63,602 nt of DNA, filler included, from Octopus bimaculoides (GCF_001194135.2; 6 parts of 5 records of this genome joined end to end with filler, not necessarily neighbours in it); one strand, 5' to 3'. Positions 1 to 12,374 are shown, counted from the first letter of the whole stretch. The notes: a model not told the origin generated them from the letters alone. Made by a program: numbers and translations.

Positions 1-33
<33 letters not shown>

Positions 34-49
34 CATACCCACACACAGC

Positions 50-890
50 TCATAGAAGGATCAAATGAATATAAGCTTCCTCTATGTATCACTTTTGTTG
101 ATTACAAAAAGTCCTTTGATAACGTCAAGATGAATGCAGTGTTGAAATCCCAAGAAATGCAAGGTGTCAAGGTACAATACTTCAAACTGCTCAGAGATGC
201 TGACCCTAGATGCACAACTAATAAAGCTCTGCTGTCAGCATGAGTAAGGGTTATAATTGGGAAGGATCTCAAGCAAGAAGCTACCATCTCTCCAAAGCTC
301 TTTATTGCATTTCTAGAAATGGTCATCAGGGACATTGACCGGGCAGCTGGTATGAACATCAATGGTGAGTAACTAACACACTGCCGATTCACAGATGATA
401 TTGTACTCATTGCTGAAACCACAGACCATACCGACAGAGCAGGACTAAGCTTAGCAGTAGGCCTTAAAATGAACTGCATGGAGACAAAATATATGTGATC
501 AGAAAACGCAACACAAGACCAAATAGAGGTGGGAAATGATGAAATTGAAGAGGTAGAGGAGTACATCTACTTAGGGTGCTCAGTGAATATGTGCCAAGAT
601 ATGGATGCTGAAATCTCATAGAGAACAAGGGCAGGATGGAAGGCATTTACTACAGCAAAGGATGTGGTGAAAACAAAGACAGACAATATCATACATGCCA
701 GACTTTTTAATAGCACCATCCTACCTGCAATCTTATACATGAGGAAAACATGGACTACCACAAAGAGGGTAGAACATTAATTGGCTATGACACAAAGGGC
801 CATGGAAAGATCCATGCTAGGAATATCATTACAAGAGCATATTCAAACTGAGATAATTCAAGAACAGAACAGAACAGAATGATGTGATTG
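50..890 (+). mobile_element. RTE-clade LINE, decayed reverse-transcriptase fragment
   Basis: Interrupted frames read PLCITFVDYKKSFDNV..., KQEATISPKLF...MNINGE*LTHCRFTDDIVLIAE and EEYIYLG...RAGWKAF, which are RT motifs with stops and frameshifts. Confidence 0.85.
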
Positions 891-953
891 CAGATAATTG
901 AAAACACAAGTTCTGCTGGGTCAGACATGTATGTGTGTATACAAATACATATA

Positions 954-1250
954 TTGGGTCATCCCATAAATAATGTGTTTTTTTTATACTTCTTTTATTT
1001 TTCAAAATTATGATAAACAAAGTTCTTTTTTAATCCTTCATTTTCTACAATGCTCTTCCATCTATTTAGTTAACTTGCAAGGCCTCTCTTCCAAAATTTA
1101 CTTGTCTGTGATGAAAAATACTCCTCCAGTACTGTTCTGACCTTGTCTACAAAATTCATATTTTTTCTGTCCAAATTATTTTGAAGACTGCAGAATAAAT
1201 GACATTCAGATGGGGCAATGTCCGGCGAATATGGTGGGTGGGCCAGAAGG
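954..1250 (-). mobile_element. Mariner transposon 3' fragment
   Basis: ORF 1070-1279 contains HPPYSPDIAPSECHLF (mariner YSPDLAPSDYHLF motif). A TIR-like end ttgggtcatcccataaata follows a TA at 952-953. Confidence 0.85.
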
Positions 1251-4200
1251 CTGCACCAGGCTCCAATCTGATCTGGCAAAGTTTCTACAGTTGGATGCCC
1301 TTCCTAATGCCAGCCACTCCGAGAGTGTAGTGGGTGCTTTTTATGTGCCACTGGCATGANNNNNNNNNNCCAGCCACTCCGAGAGTGTAGTGGGTGCTTT
1401 TTATGTGCCACTGGCATGAGGGCCAGTCAGGTGGTACTGGCATCGACCATGCTTGAATGGTGCTTTTTACGTGTCACTGGCACAGGAGCCAGTCAGCCAG
1501 CACTGGCATCGACCACACTCAAATGCTGCTTTTTACTGTCATCGGCCACGACAATGACTTCATTTGACTAAACAGGTCTTCGCAAATGCAGTTTATTGCC
1601 CAGTGATTGAAGGGTGCTATTAAATGGGCCGGTTATGCTGCACTGGCATAGGCTATGGTTACGGTCTCACTTGGCTTGCCAGATCTTCTCAAGCACAGCT
1701 TATCTTCAAAGGTCTCGGTCACTTGTCCTCACCCCCGTGAGGCCCAACGTTCAAGGATCATGCTTCACCACCTCATCTCAGGTCTTCCAGGGTCTACCTC
1801 TTCCACAGATTCCCTCTACTGCTAGGGTGTGACACTTTTTCACACAGCTGTCCTCATCCATATGCAACACATGATCATACCAGCACAGTCATCTCTCTTG
1901 CACACCACATCTGATGCTTCTTAAGTCCAACTCTGTCTTGTATGCACACTGACATTACACATCCAGCAGAGCATACTAGCTTCATTCCTTGCAAGCTTAC
2001 ACATGTCCTCAGCAGTCATGGTCCATGTTTCACTGCCATGTAGCATGGCTATTTGCACACATGCATCGTACAGTCTACCTTTTACTCTGAGCAAGAGGCC
2101 CTTTGTCACCAGCAGAGGTAAGAGCTCTCTGAACTTTGGCCAGGCTATTCTTATTCTAGCAGCTACTCTCAGAGTAACCACCCCACTACTGACTTGGTCA
2201 CCTAGGTAACGGAAGCTATCAACAGCTTCTAGTTTTTTTCCCCTGGCATGTAATGGAAGCTGTTTTATGCACATTTTCAGTGTTTATTGCCCCTGAGCAT
2301 TTGCCACACACAAAAACTATATTCCCAGTTAGCCTTCTTTGATATTACTGCACCTCTTATATGTCCATAGCTTACACCGGGTACTTCTTATGGAGTTTCT
2401 ACCTATGCCTTTTCTACAGATTGAGCAGGGCCATCTACCTGAAGGGGTTTGTGGTTTGTTTGCCTTCTTACTTATTAAGACTTTGGTTTTTGCTAGATTG
2501 ACTCTAAGGCCCTTCGATTCTAGACCTTGCTTCAACACCTGAAACTTCTCTTCTAGTTCTGATAGTGACTCAGCTATTAGAGCAGGGTCATCAGCATAGA
2601 GAAGTTCCCAAGGGTATCCTGTCTTGAATTCATCTGTTACTGCCTGGAGGACTATGATGAATAAGAGGGGGCTGAGGACTGATCCTTGGTGGACCCCTAC
2701 CCCTACCCAGAATTCTTCACTGTACTCGTTGCCAACCCTCACCTTACTGACAATATCCCTGTACATGGCTTGTACAGCTCTCACTAACCACTCATCTATC
2801 CCTAGTTTCTGAATTAACCACCAGATAAGGGATCGGGGGATCCTGTCAAAGGCTTTCTCCATGTCAACAAAAGCCAAGTACAGAGGTTTATCCTTGGCTA
2901 AGTATTTCTTCTGCAAACTGTCTTACCAGAAATATAGCATCAGTGGTGCTTTTCCCTAGCAGGAACCCAAACTGCATATCATCTAAACTGACTCTCTCCC
3001 TAATTAGTTGGGCTATGATCTTCTCTGTCACTTTCATTACCTTATCCAACAACTTGATACCTCTAATTATTTGTATCTAATGCATCACCTTTGCTTTTGT
3101 AGCAGTTGACTATGATCATTGGGTATGACTCTTAGAGGTATCACCTGATTGACTATACGAGTGACAAGACTATAGCTGACACCACCAGATATTTTAAGCA
3201 TCTCTGTGGTGATTCCTGATGGGCTGGGGCTTTCCCTGTCTTCATACCCCTAATTACTTTATTTGTCAAGGTACTGTCAATTCGGATAGTTGGTTCCTCT
3301 TTTGAGTCAACTTTTGGCAGACTCTCTTTTTCCCATTCATTCTCTTCATTTAGCAACCTTTCATAGTGGCATCTCCAAGTCTCTCTCTTTTCAGCCTCAT
3401 TAAATGCAAGTGAGCCATCTTCTATGCGGTCACATCTCACTCCTATGACATCATGGTTCTCTCTCACATACTGTCTTGCAACATGAAACACTTCAAGTTT
3501 TTGGTCCTCACGGCGCAGAACATTGGTAAATTTTTTATCTGTTTCCCCTCTGGCTAAGTAAACCTGTCCCCTAGCTTCCCTTCTGGCAATCTGATACAAT
3601 TCCCTGCTACCACCATTCTTCCATGCCTGTTTCTTTTCCCTAATGGACCTGTCAACTACATTGTTCCACCACCGTGTTACCTTGGGTCAAGAGGGGATTT
3701 TGCACCATTCACAGATATGGTCAGTAACCCTCAACAGATTGTCCTGTAGGAACCTCCAGTTGTCTTCTACATCATGTGGTGCTATATTCCCCTCTATTTT
3801 GTCAAAAGCTTCAAGTAATATGTCTCTAAATCTTTGTCCATTCACAGGATCCTTAAGCTTCTAGACCCTTCTTCTCCATGCTGATCATTTTCTGGGCATC
3901 CATTTAGCCCTGATCCTGAAGTCACTAACTACTAATCTATGTTGTGGGGTTCTTCACCTGGGAAGATTTTGGCATTTATAAGTAGCCATCTTTTCCGTTT
4001 CCTGGCAAGGATGTAATCAATTTGACTAGTGTGTCCACCAGATCAGTAGGTAAATAGATGACTGGCAGGTTTCCTGAAGTTAGTATTACAAACCATAAAA
4101 TCATTTGCATCGCAGAACTCCAGCAACCTGGTTCCCTCCTCATTGCGGGAACCAAAATCATAGCCTCCATGTACGACATGGAAGCCCCCTGCATGTTGTC

Positions 4201-4345
4201 CAACATGCCCATTGAAGTTTCCAGCCACAAAGAGAAGGTCCCTGTCATTCGTCGACGAGGTTTGGGGTTACTGAGAGTGTACAGAGTTGTGCATCATGTT
4301 CCAGTCAAGGTGTTGAGTAATTTTCCTAATTTTGAAATTTGTTTC
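1250..4345 (-). mobile_element. RTE-clade LINE, 5'-truncated and decayed (endonuclease remnant, RT, long 3' UTR)
   Basis: ORFs 4043-4228 (AGNFNGHVG...RNEEGTRLLEFC, APE endonuclease), 3153-3599, 2329-2916 (FVDMEKAFDR, HQGSVLSPLLF, LLYADD) and 1921-2274. The 3' UTR with a GGATGCCCTTCC-type tail lies at about 1250-1740. Confidence 0.92.
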
Positions 4346-4363
4346 GTCAACTCAAGGTAAGAG

Positions 4364-5051
4364 CAGGGCTGGTGCCCTGAGCGTGAAATTTTTTTCCCAC
4401 GAGAGTTCTGGACCCCAGCAATGAACTCATTTGCATACAGCCAACCAGAGCTCACCTTGACCGTGTTGTCAAGTTAACAAACACACTCTACCAAATAAGC
4501 TCAAGACAAAGAATGGTGTTGTAAGTCGACTGATCCCCAAGTTATGCATGATTTTAGGAGACAAGTAATTAGATAAATTTGCAACTATACTTATTACCGG
4601 ATTTTGTTAGGGCCCCATATGGTAAAGATATGGATGGGGGAAATGTGGGCAGAGGGTGATGTGCTAACAACCCTCTCCCCTTACTGTTTTACAAAGTAAA
4701 CAAGAACACAAATAACTATGCAGGGGCAGCCATGGTTGAAACAAGAACAAGAACAAGCATTCTTAAAAGAGAAAAGAAGCATGGTCATTCCCTACCCAAG
4801 TGACTTTATCTTATCGCCCATCACTTGTTATGCGCTCATAAATTAGTTTGATAGTTGAATTCTGATTAGCTGTATGCAAATGAGTTCATAACTGGGGTCC
4901 GGAACTCTCGTGGGAAAAAAATTTCGCGCCCGGGGCAAGCTGAACTTCTACGCATACAAGCTGATGGTCGTGGAAATTTCCTTGTCTTTGTCATGCTCTC
5001 CTTGGCGCCCTAGACGACTGCCCGAATTACCAGTACCTTAGGCTGGCCCTG
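4364..5051. mobile_element. Non-autonomous hAT-type element with an exact 8-bp TSD
   Basis: GGTAAGAG at 4356-4363 and 5052-5059 flanks CAGGGC...GCCCTG termini. An internal ~75-bp inverted repeat lies at about 4374-4449 and 4861-4936. Confidence 0.75.
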
Positions 5052-5253
5052 GGTAAGAGCCTTTTGTTTCCCGTCCTCATACTGCACTTTGATAAGCAAG
5101 TAAACACTCGTCCATGAAACTGGATAAATCTGCAGTTCAATACTCGATGGTGGCGTTACTGCCCTTCTGTTATATTTAATTTGGTACTAAGGTTATTCTT
5201 ATATGTTTTCAAAGTATACCCAGTTCACTTTTTATGAGATTTATAAGTTTATA

Positions 5254-5554
5254 GGCACAAGCGTGGCTGTGTGGTGAGAAGCTTATTTCCCAACCACACG
5301 GTTCCATGTGGCACCTTGGGCAAGTGTCTTCTACAGTAGCCTCGGGCCAACTAAAGTCTTGTGAGTGGATTTGGTGAACGATAGGAACTGAAAGAAGCCC
5401 TTCGTATATATATTTGAGTGTGTCTTTGTGTAAGTAGCAGGCTTAACAAAAAAATAAGTACTGGGTCGATTCATTCGACTCAAAATTCAAAGTGGTATCC
5501 CAGCATGGCTGCAATCTAATGACTGAAACAAGTAAAAAAAATAAGATATAAAAG
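5254..5554 (+). mobile_element. tRNA-derived SINE family A copy
   Basis: GTGGCTGTGTGG head, ACCTTGGGCAAGTGTCTTCTAC core, central microsatellite and CAGCATGGC...GACTGAAACAAGTAAAA tail. Similar copies occur at about 11590-11750(-), 28010-28410(-), 29870-30295(-), 31020-31410(-), 33106-33520(+), 42870-43290(-), 44710-45110(+), 47890-48250(-) and 61570-61780(+). Confidence 0.85.
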
Positions 5555-5559
5555 TACGG

Positions 5560-6050
5560 TTTACGTTTGCTGAAGCATCCTATGTGGTTGATTAATTTGA
5601 ACTCTACAATTAGCTTCAATGTCTCAACACTATGTTTTAGCGCTATTGTTTTGTATGTCCTAGCAATGTTATTCACATTTTTGCCAATCTTGTATACGTT
5701 TTTGGTTTTATCTGCTTTCACAAATAGGCTGCTGGAAATTTGGGTTATAGGTATTCTTTTAATTCGTTTTGGTTGGCAATCTTAACGTTTTCATATGCTT
5801 AGTCAGAGCCTCTGCCATAAAAAATCTTTTCATGTCTTTGATGAAATAGGTTTTCTGTTTGACTTAAGCCAAGTGTATCATCTCCGTTTCCTCTTCAACC
5901 TTCTTTATTAAGCTCTCAGTCTCCTCTAACAGTCGCTTATGTAAAAGTTTCTTGTTAGGATGACAATATTTCCAGAAAACGTATGGGTGCATGGTTCTTC
6001 CGTGTTTCAGCGTATGTTTCTGCTCATATTACAACATTCAACTTGATTGG
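5560..6050 (-). mobile_element. Penelope-like element ORF relic
   Basis: Minus-strand translation FIKDMKRF...SSLFVKADKTKNVYKIGKNVNNIARTYK resembles the ..ADKT.N.Y...NI.KTYK segment that precedes the RT core of Penelope-like elements. Recognised by eye only. Confidence 0.5.
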
Positions 6051-7379
6051 AAATCATCATGGTCATAGGTACGCTATTAGTGACGCACAGAAGGAAATAT
6101 ACTCAATACCGGAGATGCATTATAAATAATTTAATTCAGTCAATACTGTTTTTTATGTTACCTCATGGTTGCTCAGAACGGGATTATGTGAGCAGAGTAA
6201 AAGCATTTCACTGGAGTTACTCTGAGTTCGTAGTTTTATTCAACGTGACAAATAGAATCATAGACATGAATTTATAGAGACACGATGGTTGGAAGCCGTG
6301 GATAATTATTTCATCTTAAAAGGCAAGGGCCTACACTGAACAGCGAACCATTATTTATCCAAGAATTATATGCTACACTAATTACTTTATCTAGTAATTG
6401 CTTGTATCCGGTATCCTTTATTCATTTTTGGTACCCTCTCACTTATCTGCTAGTGTTATCACCCACAACTGTACTTACAAAAGATCAATGATGAGTGCAC
6501 GCAATAATGTCCATGCATTACACAATTGTACTGGGCGATGTAAACTTTATGGATTTGAACGCGATGTAGGAGAGTTATCTCCCTTCGACCACGTACCATT
6601 GCTTCTTAATTTTTCATTGCTGTTGGCAGACGTAAAAGCAAATTCTTGAAAGACGTTTCAAGTGATCTAATAGGGGGAAAGGAAAATTCTGTACATGCAA
6701 ATACAATATTATGATGGTATAGTGGAATAAAGTATGGAATCATAAATTTATCAGAAATAGATTATGTTATGGGAGTCCGTATTTCAACATTATCTTCGGG
6801 TGAACTGTATAATTGTTTAGATTTTGGTCAAGAGAATTCCTATATTGGATTTAAAACTCATATTTTGTCTGAGATGTTGTGAGTAACGGCGACCGGCTAT
6901 GAGGGTGGTACATTACATTGGTTTTGTTGTCATCATTTTGGTGAATTTTTCGTACAATAAAAAGAAAATATTTTTAACAACAGAATCATTAAATAATGTA
7001 AGACATATCATGTGTGGGTTATATACGCTGAGGAAGAAAGTATAATGAGATTATGAGACCTCATAACAACTGCCAACGTAGTGTGAGCACTTTTTCGTAA
7101 GTTTACGCTAACAGTCTATGATAATTTGGCTCGTTTAAAATATTGTACTATCAGTAACAATTATTGTTGTAAACAAACTTGTGATCATTCAGCTCTCTAG
7201 TCTATGATGGTCGGTCTCCTATCCGGAATATTAAACGGTTGTATTACATGCAGAGCAAGTTTCTGTATACATTTAGAAAAAATATTTGCGTCTTAAAGCT
7301 CGCTAAGTTCAGTATATATTTTTTAAAACTCACACCCACTTAAGAGTAACCTCCCTTCTTCCAGTTCCAAGATACATCT

Positions 7380-8440
7380 CATGGACTCTATCATCTGTAA
7401 TGTTTTGGAGGTCTTACGGAGTTTCAACATCAGGTCTTTTGGATGTCTTAGGGAGTTTCAACTCACCCACCCAGCTGATTTGCATCTTGCATCCCAATTT
7501 TGGCAAGCGTTTTTTTTTGTTTTGTTTTTTTTTATCCAAAGCCATCTAATAGCCCTCTCTGAAGCCTCACTGACCGAATGTGCGGCCTCCACTTTTGTAG
7601 CACCTGTCAGCGCTTTGCAGAATGAATGCCACACGAATCCCCAGCAGCTTCTTCTGTTGAATTTCAATGCATCTGCCAGGCTTGGCTTCTGTAATGTTCT
7701 ATCAACTCATGGTATTTAGCAAGCTTTCTCTCATGAACCTCCTTCAAGTGTTTTTCCCAGGGCACAGTCATTTCTCATCTGTTTTGTAGAATTTGAGAAA
7801 ATTACTATGGCTGGGTGGAGTGTTATTGGTATGATGTATTCTGAGGACTGGACTTTATCTGTTTGCTGAGACCCATTCTCAGCTGTTGAATGTAGATACA
7901 ATCATTGACGTTTCAGTGAACAAGGCTTCCCTCCAGCCATAAAAAAAGGTGATGGCCTCCTTTCTGGGCTGGCGTTTACAGGGACTGAATGGCTTTTATC
8001 CCCTTTGCAGCTTCCTTGAGCACCTGGACATGTCACCAGTGGTAGTGACGATCAGCTAAGGCCCTGGGACAACTGTTGAAGGGAAGCCTCTTTCTGTACA
8101 CAAGAGACATGAAGGTGATTTGTTCCTGCCTCTTGTGTGAAGCTTTGTCAAACTTTAAAAGATGTCATAGACAGCTTGAATCAGAAATCTGACATGCTTG
8201 TGCAGGTCTATTGTTAGCTGAGTTCCACCATCTTACTAATCCAAGCTTCCTCAATTCATCTTCACCTGCTCAGACTTCTTAGAGATGTTACCAATCTGAC
8301 AGATTGGAAAGTGGCCTAAGTCTGAATTCCCTATTGTCACAGTCCCAACAATTGCCTTCTGCCTGAACCATTCCTCTTCCATTCACAACTTTTTGGCAAT
8401 ACTTCACTTTCTACGTTTGAAAATATCAATGCCAGCTGCT
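7380..8440 (-). mobile_element. HERO/NeSL-type non-LTR retrotransposon relic (restriction-like endonuclease end)
   Basis: Interrupted frames give FLIQAVYD..., TLHPAIVIFSNSTKQ...VPWEK.L.EVHERKLAKYHEL and SEASERAIRWLWIKK, typical of the HERO C-terminus (LRPD...ELTVPWE...ERK.AKY...ASRWLW.KR). Confidence 0.75.
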
Positions 8441-9005
8441 AAGGGAGAACAGTGGATTGTCAGAATTGTTAATTTCAGACAAAATTGATTGTTGCATTTA
8501 TTTATAACCCTTTACATTATGAGTTCAAATCCCACTATAGTTGATTTTGCCTTCCATCTAGCCTAGCTCAATAAAATAAATCATTGGGATTGATATATCC
8601 CCCATCCAGAAATTAGTGACCTTGTAATAACCACCGCCACCACCACCACCACTACCACCACAATAACTACAACAATATGCTTCATTGGGACAATTTTGAT
8701 AGTCAGTGCAAATATCTAACAAGAAAGGAAAGATAATCATAATGAATTGACAAGAGATAAACCAACACACAGCAGCAGTTACATAGAAACCATCATCGGA
8801 TTTTATAGTAATACTGAGCCTCATTTGAGACTGAATACTAGGTTGTATAGAACCAAAGAAAACATAGAATTGCAAGCTAATGATGACATCCAATACACTG
8901 CACCTGATTTTTGGAATAGTAAGGTGTAATTATTTATTTGCATAGTACTTATATATGTATATGGTACCTGCTTGAAAATGTTTGAAGAGCTTTAGTCATC
9001 TATAT

Positions 9006-9302
9006 CAGGGGTTTTCAAACTGTGGTCCGCGGACCACAGGGGGTCCGCAAGGACAAGACAGGGGGTCCATGGACAGCAAATACTTTTCATGGGCAATCTG
9101 ATGTTATATATGTTTTTTAATCGAAATCTTTTAATTGACAATAAACCTATTTGTTAAATACTGTTAAATAAATAAATGTAAAAATAAATGTTATTTTAAG
9201 CAAATATTTATGTATAAATTTCATAAGCATTTATAAGGGGGTCTCTAAGGTAAAGCCTGAAATATAAAGGGGTCCGCAAGTCAAAAAGTTTGAAAACCCC
9301 TG
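9006..9302. mobile_element. hAT (Charlie-like) MITE
   Basis: TIRs CAGGGGTTTTCAAACT / AGTTTGAAAACCCCTG. Degenerate 8-bp TSD atctatat / acctatgt (6 of 8 identical). Confidence 0.85.
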
Positions 9303-9739
9303 ACCTATGTGATATAATGATAAGGTTCAAGCCATCAAACTGTCAGTTGATGTCTACTAGGTATCAATAACTTTGTGTACTTATGAATGCACTAACACTA
9401 AGCTTTTTTCCATTCATCCATTTTCAATGGAGCCTCAGTATGTTATTGCCAGCTGATCAACTATGTTGATTGTAGGCCTACTTGTCCATATTGGATGACT
9501 ATGCTTGGACAGGGTGCTTCTGTAGTCCAGTGAATACCCATGGCTACAGTTACCTGGGTAGAATTTGAATTCAGAATGCAAACATCTGGAACAGATACCA
9601 CAAGGCATTTTGTGCAACGTACTAACAATTCTTTCCAATCCACAGATGCTAAAAAAGTACCAGTCAAGTACCAGTACTTGGTATGTCATTATTTTAACGA
9701 CCTTGTAAGGATTAAAGGCATAGTTGACCTCAGCAGGAT

Positions 9740-9967
9740 TTAAATTTTTAGAATTTAACCTGGCCATATCCAGCCCAAATATTCTACTTGTTTTATGTTA
9801 AAACTGACCAGATCTGACCTTTCATACCTACTCTACAATGTCATTCTAAAAATATACAAACACACCATTGAAACCTTGAAGCTACAAGATAATGTGTCAT
9901 TAATTCAAATCACTGTGAATATATAAGCAATACATTTAACAAAGAAATCTGAATGCTAAAGAGTTAA
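9740..9967. mobile_element. piggyBac-type MITE (TTAA-flanked)
   Basis: Begins ttaaatttttagaatttaacctggccatatcc and ends ctgaatgctaaagagttaa. Same family as the pair at 14620-15039. Confidence 0.65.
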
Positions 9968-10124
9968 CTTCAGAATATAAAGAGACATAACTAAATATCA
10001 TATGTCATGTTGCCTTTAAGTTTAACATAGGCATAGGCATTTTGGAAGAGGAATATAGTTTACTGACAATGTCGTTTAGTGGTACTTTGCAGGATTTTGG
10101 CAGCATCTAAACTCTTAGTACAGA

Positions 10125-10450
10125 GAATTGTGAAGGCACATGGCTCAGTGATTAGATTGTCAGGCTCACAATCACATGGTAGCAAGTTCGATTCCATACC
10201 GGACTATGTGTTGTGTTTTTGAGCAAGACACTTTCATGTTGCTCCAGTTCACTCAGCTGTAGAATGAGTTGCAACATCACTGATGCCAAGCTGTATCAGC
10301 CTTTGCCTTTCCCTTGGTGACATCAGTGGCATGGAGAGAAGAGGCTGGTATGCATGGGCAACTGCTGGTCTTCCACAAATAATCTTGACCAGACTTGTGC
10401 CTCAGAGGGGAACTTTCTAGGTGCACTCTCATGGTCATTTATGACTGAAG
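10125..10450 (+). mobile_element. tRNA-derived SINE family C copy
   Basis: TGGCTCAGTG A-box-like and GTTCGATTCC B box, followed by TTGAGCAAGACACTT...GCTCCAGTTCACTCAGCTG. Related copies at about 20865-21180(+) and 61770-61960(-). Confidence 0.75.
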
Positions 10451-11066
10451 GGTGTCTTTACCATTTAGTACAAAGAATTAGAACAAATACTTAAAAGCAT
10501 TTTCTCTTACAAGCTAACAGCTCTGTCAATTCACTTCATCCTACAACTATTATCATCATCACTGTTTTAATATCCACTTTTCCTTGTTTGCATGGAGTCA
10601 GACGCAGTTTATTGTGGCAGATTTTTTTACAGCTGGATGTCCTTCTTGTTGCCAACTCTCACCTGTTTCCAAGCAAGGTACTATTTCTCCATGGCAAGAC
10701 ATTTTTTTACAAAATAATAGAAATGAATAACTCTACTTGTATGATAGTGACACTTATTCAAAACTATCACATGATGTCAAGACAAGGACACATTCATACT
10801 TACACACAGACACACACATATGACAGACTTTATGTATATATAAAACAAAACAGGAAATTGGAAAATTTGTTGGTATTATTTATTCACCATTACACATGTT
10901 TCATTTGCTAATAGGAATTACAAAGTTTTACATGTTAGATAAACATGTAAGAAATTTCCTATTAGAAATTCTTCAGACAGAGTAACAAATGATATTTGTT
11001 TGCTGTACCTTATTTGTTGTACTTTACCTCAATGCAACAATGACAGCATATACATACTGGATTGTA

Positions 11067-11224
11067 TTTTAGGCATTGGAGGGACACTTCTTCAGACTTA
11101 CATCAAAGACATGCTATTACATTGTGCTTCTATCAGACCTTGTTGTTATCAAGATCTGATAGATGCACAGTGTAATAACATGCTTTGATGTAAGTCTGAG
11201 GAAGTGCCTCTCCAATACCTAAAA
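11067..11224. repeat. Near-perfect foldback hairpin (~73-bp arms, 11-nt loop)
   Basis: The left arm ttttaggcattggagggacacttcttcagacttacatcaaag...ctatcagacct is the near reverse complement of the right arm agatctgatag...ctttgatgtaagtctgaggaagtgcctctccaatacctaaaa. Confidence 0.85.
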
Positions 11225-11352
11225 CCGCATATATTAAGTAATTTCTTTTTAGAATTTTCATGTAAACTGGTGTTGCAAATGGAGATGGTATGGAAGCTTG
11301 TGTAACTTATAATTAAAGATGTGTTAAAGTATTTTTGTTGTCTTCTTCTTTT

Positions 11353-11423
<71 letters not shown>

Positions 11424-12374
11424 TACTTTATTTAAAAGCAGCAGAAATATAACAAAAGACTGTTACTCAGAGTTTCACATTCCCATTCATCGGACAGTTT
11501 TGTTAGAAATAGGAAAGGAATGACAACGCAATCAAAACTAATATAAAATTTGAAACACATAGATCTGTTTCATTGGTCGTTTCAAATAACGGTCATGGGT
11601 TATATATATATATGACAGGCTTTTGTCAGCCAGAGTCTAAAGTAGCAGACACCTCCCCAAGATGTCACACTGTGGCATTGAACTCAAAACCATGTGGTTG
11701 AGAAGCAGACTTCTTAACCACATATGCATGCTTGTGTCTATAGTCCACGCCCAAGACTTATTGCTAATATTACAATATAATTCATTTGAACATCTCTAAT
11801 AGTCAGTGACAATATTCCTCTGAATAATAAAGGATGAATACAATGGGTTAACGAGTGATCACCGGGGTTGATATATTCACCATCCAAGAATTAGTAGCCT
11901 TGTGACCACCACCACCACCACCACCACCACCACCACTTTGACATAATTCAGTGGAACAGCTTTGTTAGTCAGTGCAAATAGCTTACTCTAAAGATACAGT
12001 TACATGTAAGTCATTATCAATTCAAAAAATTGGATCTCATGCAAGGCTCACCATAATTAAAGACTGGCCACTTGAGTGATTATGTAACATTCAGGTGTAT
12101 TAATTAGATTAATGAATAGAAAGACTTTGTAGTCTTTTGGTGGAGATCAGCTGTTATGTTTGGAGTAGGCATGTTGTTGAGAAGAAAGGTGAGTGAGAGA
12201 TATCTTGAAAGGAATAAGGCTTCTCAGATGTAAAAAAATATTTATTTCTTCAAATGCTATAGAAAATAGTTTTGAATTGTTACTGGAACAGAGAAAAGAT
12301 AAGTTAAAATATCTTTAGTAAAGAAAACTTCAGTATACATTTGGTTGAACTGCTAGCATAATGCTGTTGTAATA

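Noticed and set aside
1310-1400. Direct repeat of about 50 bp flanking a 10-N gap
   Set aside because: Identical sequence on both sides of a minimal gap indicates an unmerged contig overlap, not a biological duplication.
8747-8929. Protein-like plus-strand ORF (…HLRLNTRLYRTKENIELQANDD…) as an exon of a second gene
   Set aside because: No recognisable family motif and no convincing splice sites in either orientation.
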